Positions 56,909 through 64,000 of a stretch of DNA of 64,000 nucleotides are shown here, one piece after another (within the stretch, counting starts at the first letter, position 1; each line of letters begins with the position of its first letter). Where the stretch lies: sequence record MK250017.1, one strand, 5' to 3'. Below the pieces are notes generated by a model that was given only the letters and a program-made list of their open reading frames with translations, was not told the origin of the DNA and made no database searches. Both the position numbers and the translations under genes were made by a program.

Positions 56909-57223
56909 ATGATTATAACATATACAGCATTTGATGGAAAGGTATTTAATGATCAAAAGGAATGTGAAGACTATGAATATAAATTAAAACTTTTAGGAGT
57001 TGCATATTCAGAATTCAGTAAATTTCTTGATAAAATTCCAGAAGATTATAATGATAATCTTTGGATATGTAAAGAAAAATTAGAAATTAATGATGCATGT
57101 GGACAAGAACTTCCTACAATTGGAGATACTATAAAGGTTTTAACAAAAGATGATTTATCACATATGAGAGTAATTAAGACTCTGCTTAAAAATTTTAAAT
57201 TGGATGATAATGGAAACAACTAG
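56909..57223 (+). CDS. Hypothetical protein
   Basis: Likely start ATG 56909: MIITYTAFDGKVFNDQKECEDYE. Confidence 0.6.
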   Translation: MIITYTAFDGKVFNDQKECEDYEYKLKLLGVAYSEFSKFLDKIPEDYNDNLWICKEKLEINDACGQELPTIGDTIKVLTKDDLSHMRVIKTLLKNFKLDDNGNN

Positions 57224-57758
57224 AAATGTTATAGATAAAATTAAATATCTATATAAAAGGTTATATAAAGCCGAATTATTTTCTTCATCGTTAGCAGTTC
57301 GTATGAATGAGCGTGATGACTTTTATGAATATTCTAGACAACATCAACCAGCGTTTAAGATAGCTATGATGGAATTACTTAGTCATCCAGATGAAATGAA
57401 TGCTCGTATTCCTTTTTACTGTTGTTATATATTACGTGAAAATGATTTTCTTAAATTATATGAAAATAAAAAGGATAAATTACCTTTAAATGAAGATTAT
57501 GAATGGGATGAATGTAATTTATGGTTAAATCATTTTAAATCAACAAAAAATATAGATTACTACAAAGATTACAAAGAATATAAAAGATATTTAAATCTGA
57601 ATTTTAAACCATTTAATCCATTTACTGGTAAAGATCCAAATCCTACATATGAAGAATATATCAGAAAAAGAGATTCTATCGATTCAATAAATAAATTTGT
57701 AACTAAATTAATAAAAGATAATAATATAAAGATAACATGGAAGTACGAGACGAAGTAA
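57204..57758 (+). CDS. Hypothetical protein
   Basis: 184-aa ORF overlapping its neighbours. Confidence 0.6.
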   Translation: MIMETTRNVIDKIKYLYKRLYKAELFSSSLAVRMNERDDFYEYSRQHQPAFKIAMMELLSHPDEMNARIPFYCCYILRENDFLKLYENKKDKLPLNEDYEWDECNLWLNHFKSTKNIDYYKDYKEYKRYLNLNFKPFNPFTGKDPNPTYEEYIRKRDSIDSINKFVTKLIKDNNIKITWKYETK

Positions 57759-58078
57759 AAAAGCGTATGGAAGAATCGTTAAAAGGATGTAAGATTATAG
57801 ATAAACAAGACACACCTAAAACTACAATACTTCCAGATCTTTCAGATCCTGCTGAATATAAAAGATGGTTTAATATGGGTCCAAAAGAAGCAATGGTAAA
57901 TCTACAAAAATATGTTGATTTAAACAAGAAAGATAATATTAACTTTGAAACGGAGTTTAACTATCTTTATACGAATGGTGGAATTTGTGGATGGAATAAA
58001 ATACCATATACAACATTTTATAATATTATATATGGTAAACAGCGTGTTGATTTTAATGGTAATTTAACAAATAATTAA
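57737..58078 (+). CDS. Hypothetical protein
   Basis: 113-aa ORF. Confidence 0.55.
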   Translation: MEVRDEVKKRMEESLKGCKIIDKQDTPKTTILPDLSDPAEYKRWFNMGPKEAMVNLQKYVDLNKKDNINFETEFNYLYTNGGICGWNKIPYTTFYNIIYGKQRVDFNGNLTNN

Positions 58079-58081
58079 AAC

Positions 58082-58228
58082 ATGAATGTAGAACGAGCAT
58101 TATTAAAATTAAATAAATTAAAATCTGAAATGGAATTAGAATGCTTTTATAACACCAATGTTGAATATAAAGCAAAACCATGGTTAGAATTGGTGGAAGA
58201 TACTATAGCATTTTTAGATGGTAAATAA
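58082..58228 (+). CDS. Small hypothetical protein (48 aa)
   Basis: MNVERALLKLNKLK...LDGK, tightly packed between neighbours. Confidence 0.45.
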   Translation: MNVERALLKLNKLKSEMELECFYNTNVEYKAKPWLELVEDTIAFLDGK

Positions 58229-58243
58229 AATTTATATAAAGTT

Positions 58244-58597
58244 ATGTCATATAATTTAATACCAAAATATTATACATTATATCCTGAGTGTTCAAGTTCA
58301 ACTTATTTATATTTTCATGATGAACCTTATGCTTATTGGTTAGAGAATAGTGAATATAAAGTTTATGAATGGGTTTTGTTTAAAGAATACAATGATTATA
58401 AATCTGTATGTCATCCAAATGATTGTATATCTGCAATAAGTTATAATGATCTCATTGATTCATTTAAAACATATTCATTTTATGAGAATATGGATCGTGA
58501 AAAGATGTGTAGAACATTTAGGCAAAGATCATTAGAAACAGAATTTGGACCTGAATCTGAACCTTATTGGGATTTTGAAGATTTTATTGAAGAATAA
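58244..58597 (+). CDS. Hypothetical protein
   Basis: 117-aa ORF. Confidence 0.55.
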   Translation: MSYNLIPKYYTLYPECSSSTYLYFHDEPYAYWLENSEYKVYEWVLFKEYNDYKSVCHPNDCISAISYNDLIDSFKTYSFYENMDREKMCRTFRQRSLETEFGPESEPYWDFEDFIEE

Positions 58598-58616
58598 TAT
58601 ATTTTTATATATGAAA

Positions 58617-58646
58617 ATGGGAGATGAAACTTATTTCATCTCCCAT
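58617..58646. terminator. Perfect 13-bp hairpin with a 4-nt loop between convergent genes
   Basis: atgggagatgaaa-ctta-tttcatctcccat. Confidence 0.7.
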
Positions 58647-58667
58647 ATATTTTTATTAATAGTTTTA

Positions 58668-59567
58668 TTAATATTCTAAAGTTAAGAAACCTAAGACACA
58701 GCCGTCGTAGTCCTTATCGTAGCTGCCGATGCCACCATTATTGAGACCGACAAAGTACTCATAGCTACTTGATTTCTCTCTACTACTCCAATAATAGCCG
58801 TCATAGAAACCTCTACCAACCAATGCAGTTCTCTTTTCATTTATAGCTGTTTTATTCGCATAAATCTGATATAATTCACCAGGAGTTGGTAAATACCAGT
58901 CACCTGATTTTGTACCTGGTGTTGAATATGCAACGCAGCAACATGCTGGAGCACAGTAACCAATACCAGAATTATTTGTTATACCATTACATATATATGG
59001 ATCTTGTTTTGTTGCTTTAGATAAACATTGTTGTGTATTCCATTTACCACCTATATATGCTGTTGAATTCGTACCACCTTTTACATTACCTACTGTAGTA
59101 CCATAATTACCAAACGTTATATTATATGGAGAAACTTGTCCCTCTGCTGGATATGCTGGATGCATATAATTTATAGAAACGAATCTAGCTGTTTTTACAG
59201 CACCCGTTGAATCATCACCATTTTTGAAGTTTTCTGAAACTTCAGGGATTACACAAATTGCAATAGGTGTATTATCTACATTGTTTGTTTGTGCGTCAAG
59301 TGTAAGTTTACCATCTGAAGTAGAATAAAGAACATCTGCAACTGCAGGAATTTTCTTTATTGATGATGAATCCAATTTAACTGGTGCCATATTTACTGAA
59401 CCTAACATAACACAATTGGCATCTGGATGTCTCTGACAATAAATAGACGCATCCTCTATTCCTTTTGTCGGTTTCACATCGAATACATATGCACCATCTC
59501 CATGATTAATTAATGAAACTGATAAATCTAACTCAGATTTACTATCAAATACGTTAAAATATTTCAT
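58668..59567 (-). CDS. C-type-lectin-fold (DUF1566/Lcl-like) protein, candidate DGR target
   Basis: DWYLPTPGELYQIY...YYWSSRE...YFVGLNNGGIGSYDKDYDGCVLGF at the C-terminus; NNC-codon-rich 3' end. Confidence 0.7.
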   Translation of the reverse strand: MKYFNVFDSKSELDLSVSLINHGDGAYVFDVKPTKGIEDASIYCQRHPDANCVMLGSVNMAPVKLDSSSIKKIPAVADVLYSTSDGKLTLDAQTNNVDNTPIAICVIPEVSENFKNGDDSTGAVKTARFVSINYMHPAYPAEGQVSPYNITFGNYGTTVGNVKGGTNSTAYIGGKWNTQQCLSKATKQDPYICNGITNNSGIGYCAPACCCVAYSTPGTKSGDWYLPTPGELYQIYANKTAINEKRTALVGRGFYDGYYWSSREKSSSYEYFVGLNNGGIGSYDKDYDGCVLGFLTLEY

Positions 59568-59800
59568 AATATATTTTAAAATTATAATATTTATATAGTC
59601 AATAAATAATTTTCATGAAATCATATATATTAATAAACATAGCTAAATAGATATTTAATAATTAATTATATTTTCATAAAACTTAAATAATTCTATCAAA
59701 TTTCTATCAATTTAACTTTATTTTTATTAAAATTTCATATAAATTTTAATAAATTTTTTCAACCAGTATATAGTATCTGTGATTAATTATTTTATACTAA

Positions 59801-61729
59801 TTATGAATTATTTATAATTTTTTCTACTTCTGCTCTTTTCTTTGCAGATACAATCCAACCCGGTGTTTTAACACCATTTATATTTAAGAATTTATTATAT
59901 CGACAACCAATTTCTTTTAACTTATCTTTAATAGGAAGAATATCTTTATAATCACCATATATAGCAATAGCTCTATCTGAATAATCATAAATCTTTACAT
60001 TACTATTATTTGTTACTTCAGTTCCCTTATTATTTTCAGAATTAACTTCTGTATTATTTGTTGTAGTAATATCTGATTTACGTGGTCTTCCTCTACGTTT
60101 CTTTACCTGTTGAATTTCATCATTATTTGTTTCATCTGATGTATGTTTAACAACATTATTTTCTTTTGCTTTATTTCTTAATTCTTTCCTTAATTGTTTA
60201 GCTTCTTCTTTTCGTTGTTCAACAATTTTAGCTCTACGTTCTTCAACAGGTTTAACAATTACATCGCGTAAAGTTTCTGTACCACCTTTTTCAAGTTTAA
60301 ATGATGTATGATCTAACCATTTACAGAATGCTTCATATGTCTTATATGTATTTGTAACTGACATACGTTTCGCAAGAATATATGAAATAAATCTATCACC
60401 TAATGATTTTATACGTATTACCCAGTTATTACCAAAATATGTTGTGTCAGGTTTTAAATATTTGATACAGTTTTCTTTCATTAATTCTGCATCTTCTTTC
60501 TTATCTTCTGTACGTTTATTTACAGAATCAATTTTTGCTTTTTCTTTTGCTTCTTGTGCTTCTTTATTATCTGGTTCTACATATTCTCTATGTGGTCCAT
60601 CCTTTGAACTATAGCAATCAAGGAACCAATCTTTCGATGTCAATATTGTTTTCCATTGTGGTTTTGTTGGTTTCCATCGTCTACAATTAGCCTCAAATTT
60701 ATAAGGACCTAACTGGATCATAATTCCATAATTTTTACCAGGGAATCCACATGCTTCAAAATTAAATTTAGGTAAATTTCCCATAGTAATACCTTCAAAT
60801 GACATATAAGGCAAAACTCTCCATGGTAATTGTCTAACTCTTGCTGTCAATTCTGAACAGTTAGAAGGGAAACCAACAAAATTTATTTTAACTTTCCCGT
60901 CTAATGGTTGATATGGTTGATTAACAGTTCTTTCATCATTAAATTCTAATTGAGCTCTATATGTTCCATTAGGTAAACCTGTAAGATTTCCTGTTTTTGG
61001 TAATCCTTTATATGAATAAACATCATTTCTGAATGATGTATTTATTTTCTTAATAAATGAATAATCATTCATATTATAACATTCCATTAAACTTATTGAA
61101 TCAGTTGATTCAATGTTAATAGTTTCATTATCAATCCAACATCTTAATAAATTAATATCAACATCACCTTTATAATAATAGTTATGTTCATCAAATACAG
61201 TAGAATATAATTTTTCTTCTTTAATAACATCACCATTAACATAAAAGTTTTTTGGATAAACACCCTTTAAACCGACACTAATAAAATTGATATTTTTTAA
61301 GTCTATTATATTATTAATTGCATCTGAATCTTTTGCGTTTACATATCTTCCAACTTCTAGATTATATCTAAGCAATACATTACTGATACTGAATTCATTA
61401 AGTTCATCAATAAATTTCTGTGCATCATTTAAACGTCTAAAAGATACATGTGTTAAATAAACTTTTGGTTCTTCTGGTTTTTTTGTTTCATAATAGAAAG
61501 CTACTGTAGACCCTTCTACTTCTGAATGAACTTTTTTATCTACTGCATTTTTAATATCAATATAGCTATTACTGAATGTTTGCTCTGTTAAATACGATTC
61601 ACAATATGTTAACATATTTTTCGTTATCTTACCAGCAAGATCAGATGATAAATCATCTTGGTTATCTACAATATCCTCAAAATCATCATCAAATAAACTT
61701 TCAATCAAACGTTTTACACATTTATTCAT
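59801..61729 (-). CDS. Multidomain hypothetical protein with an AT-hook and a small C-terminal domain (642 aa)
   Basis: KKRRGRPRKS AT-hook; C-terminal YSDRAIAIYGD...IKDKLKEIGCRYN...GWIV. Confidence 0.7.
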   Translation of the reverse strand: MNKCVKRLIESLFDDDFEDIVDNQDDLSSDLAGKITKNMLTYCESYLTEQTFSNSYIDIKNAVDKKVHSEVEGSTVAFYYETKKPEEPKVYLTHVSFRRLNDAQKFIDELNEFSISNVLLRYNLEVGRYVNAKDSDAINNIIDLKNINFISVGLKGVYPKNFYVNGDVIKEEKLYSTVFDEHNYYYKGDVDINLLRCWIDNETINIESTDSISLMECYNMNDYSFIKKINTSFRNDVYSYKGLPKTGNLTGLPNGTYRAQLEFNDERTVNQPYQPLDGKVKINFVGFPSNCSELTARVRQLPWRVLPYMSFEGITMGNLPKFNFEACGFPGKNYGIMIQLGPYKFEANCRRWKPTKPQWKTILTSKDWFLDCYSSKDGPHREYVEPDNKEAQEAKEKAKIDSVNKRTEDKKEDAELMKENCIKYLKPDTTYFGNNWVIRIKSLGDRFISYILAKRMSVTNTYKTYEAFCKWLDHTSFKLEKGGTETLRDVIVKPVEERRAKIVEQRKEEAKQLRKELRNKAKENNVVKHTSDETNNDEIQQVKKRRGRPRKSDITTTNNTEVNSENNKGTEVTNNSNVKIYDYSDRAIAIYGDYKDILPIKDKLKEIGCRYNKFLNINGVKTPGWIVSAKKRAEVEKIINNS

Positions 61730-61787
61730 ATTTTATAATTAAAAATTAACTTTTATTATTTATTAAAAATAAAAGGTACAAGTTATA

Positions 61788-62978
61788 TTATCTAACTGTA
61801 CCTTTTCCGAAAACTTTATTAATATCTCGCTTAATTTCTATTATCGTATTCTTTATATATGTTTTATCATAATCCAATATATAATCTTTAAATCTACTAC
61901 CATTATACTTATATCCTTTAAGTTCATGAAATAACTATAATACACGACTTAAACAATCTGTATATGTATTATTATCAATTTTACATATTATTAATGTATC
62001 ATATATTTTTTGTTTTATATCATTAAACTATTTCTTTAATACATAAAAATCTCCTTCTGTATTATGAATTAATCTGTTAATACCTTTTGATGTATATCCT
62101 GTAGATATAAGTAATGCTCTATCTACTAATGTATTATATTTGTTAAATGGTGTTCTTATTTTTAGATTTAAGACTGTATTGAAATTCGTATCTGATTTTT
62201 GTCCAAGTTTTTTAAAGGTACCATCTTTATTAAATTCGCAATCAATTGCAATAGGTGCAGGCATAACATATGTTTTAAAATATTCAGCTTCACCTGTTTC
62301 TGAATTACAGAAATAAAAGAAAAATACAGTAGTAATATTTCGAAGACATGTTTGACATTTATTTTCTTTTATTTCCAACTATCGCATATCATTTAAAATC
62401 TAATCAATACCTTTCATTGCATTATTAACTTTACCCTTAAATGTATTATCATCAAAGAAACTACATAAAACTGATTTAACTTCTATATATGTTTCATCAC
62501 CATTTGGATATGTTAATTTAATATCTGGACATTCATTCCTACCATTTGGTTCATGTTCAATTTTATAACCATCGGTTTCTGAAAATATTCTATGTACAAT
62601 ATATTCTGATGTATCATGACATAAAGTCATAAGCATTGAATCTTTATATAACAGTTTATTTTCATATGACATAAACTATGTTAATGAACCATTAAATGTA
62701 ATATCTTCAGTATCTTTATAGATTTCTGTAAAATTCGGTTCTGGTAATGAAAGTGTTAAATAATAATCATCCATATAAGTATAAATGGAATTGTACAATT
62801 TATAGAACTATCGTTTATACTCATCATCAGTAGAATACTCTAACCACTATCGAATACTTTCTTCCAAATCATTTGCTACAAAAATACTATCATCTAATGA
62901 TGATAGAAACTATCGTCTTTCCTATGGATTATTAATACATTTAAGAATACGCTACGGACTTTTTGATTTATTTAACAT
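61788..62978 (-). CDS. PD-(D/E)xK nuclease-like protein (396 aa, TAG=Gln)
   Basis: ECPDIKLTYPNGDETYIEVKS; ATG 62978 to TAA 61788 joins two track ORFs. Confidence 0.6.
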
Positions 62979-63023
62979 TTTTTATTTTAGATTTATTTTA
63001 ATACATATTATAATGAAACTGTA

Positions 63024-63383
63024 TTAAAAAGTCTTTTTAAAATTAATCAAAGATTCTGTTATGTTTATAATTGTATCTCCTTTATAAACTGTTTCATTGA
63101 AATGATATTCATCTATAAGTTTCCCTTGTTTTGTCCGTATATTTAATTTCACATTAAAATTTAAAACATCATTATCTTCATCAGATGCAATTAAATATTC
63201 ATCATCAAATTTCATAATTACATGATGTTCAGAATGTTCGTCTCCTATTAATACATTTAAATTTGTTATGCAATAATTTTTAATTTTATTCTTTACAATA
63301 ACATTAAATCTTTTATCTGATAATTTTCGTTCATTATTTTTATTATCATTAAAAATATTTCTTAATAACGTAATCAATTTCAT
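63024..63383 (-). CDS. Hypothetical protein
   Basis: 119-aa ORF. Confidence 0.55.
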   Translation of the reverse strand: MKLITLLRNIFNDNKNNERKLSDKRFNVIVKNKIKNYCITNLNVLIGDEHSEHHVIMKFDDEYLIASDEDNDVLNFNVKLNIRTKQGKLIDEYHFNETVYKGDTIINITESLINFKKTF

Positions 63384-63468
63384 TTATTCTTAACAATTTA
63401 TTTTCACCTAAAAATAAAAAGGAATATACTATCACAATATATTCCTTTTATTTTATATATTTTGTCTT

Positions 63469-64000
63469 TTATTTATATTTAACCATATAATTAAATACCT
63501 GATCAAATGTTGATCCAATTGACCAGAAATTTTTTATATCTTTTATACTTTCATCTGCTACTATAACTGTTGTATCATAAAATTCATTATCATAAACTTC
63601 AGTTAACATTCTTAATTCATCACTTATTATACAAATGGTATTTTCTGTTTGAAATTGTCTTGTTAACTTCAATTCTTTATCATCATTATATAAATTATAT
63701 GGATATTCTTTATAAATGTCGATAATAGGATTTATAGCAATGAGATTTCCATCATAAAAAGATTGTAACCAGAAGTATGCTGCAGGTCCATCTGTTATAA
63801 CACATGCATATTTGTCTATACATGCATATATAGTTTCAGAATCAATTTCCATCTGTATGTTTTCTGGTACATAATTATATTGTTTCTGTATATCATTAAA
63901 TAGTTTAAAGACTATATCATAATTATCACCATAACAAAATTTTATTTGTTCTATAAACATATTATAACGTTTATCAGTATTATAATCATGATCAAGAATA
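63469..64000 (-). CDS. Hypothetical protein (5' partial)
   Basis: The frame stays open upstream of ATG 63960 to the window edge. Confidence 0.55.
   Translation of the reverse strand, partial: ILDHDYNTDKRYNMFIEQIKFCYGDNYDIVFKLFNDIQKQYNYVPENIQMEIDSETIYACIDKYACVITDGPAAYFWLQSFYDGNLIAINPIIDIYKEYPYNLYNDDKELKLTRQFQTENTICIISDELRMLTEVYDNEFYDTTVIVADESIKDIKNFWSIGSTFDQVFNYMVKYK

Noticed and set aside
620-61770. AATAAATA upstream of late genes as a T4-like late promoter (TATAAATA)
   Set aside because: The motif is too frequent by chance at this AT content to support without a statistical test

Overview
Very AT-rich (roughly one quarter GC by eye) segment of a large T4-like or jumbo myophage genome with a Bacteroidota (Prevotella/Bacteroides-type) host. 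It resembles the Lak megaphages; that assignment is an inference. The key to the window is the genetic code: TAG is read as Gln (translation table 15), so the supplied table-11 ORF track fragments most structural genes. With TAG=Gln, the blocks ~1-14345 and ~30587-50456 resolve into long virion and morphogenesis genes: gp13- and gp14-like neck proteins, terminase large subunit, gp53-like baseplate wedge, BACON-like paralogs, an amidase endolysin and a 1386-aa repeat protein. Blocks ~14359-30535 and ~53474-61729 are almost TAG-free, carry host-type TAnnTTTG promoters and look like early or host-takeover genes. They include release factor 2, tRNA-Leu(TAA), a CCA-adding enzyme, a class II aldolase fusion, and a complete ABC transporter with an OmpA-fused binding protein plus PspA-like coiled-coil proteins; a Dam methylase lies just upstream of the second block. 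Most striking oddities: a stand-alone mini-intein with 8-aa and 5-aa exteins, an orphan DGR-like variable region, an endonuclease gene broken by two identical 40-nt inserts, and a degenerate SET domain. Two N-gaps (24323-24349, 46111-46130) limit interpretation. All product calls come from motif recognition by eye; no database searches were run.
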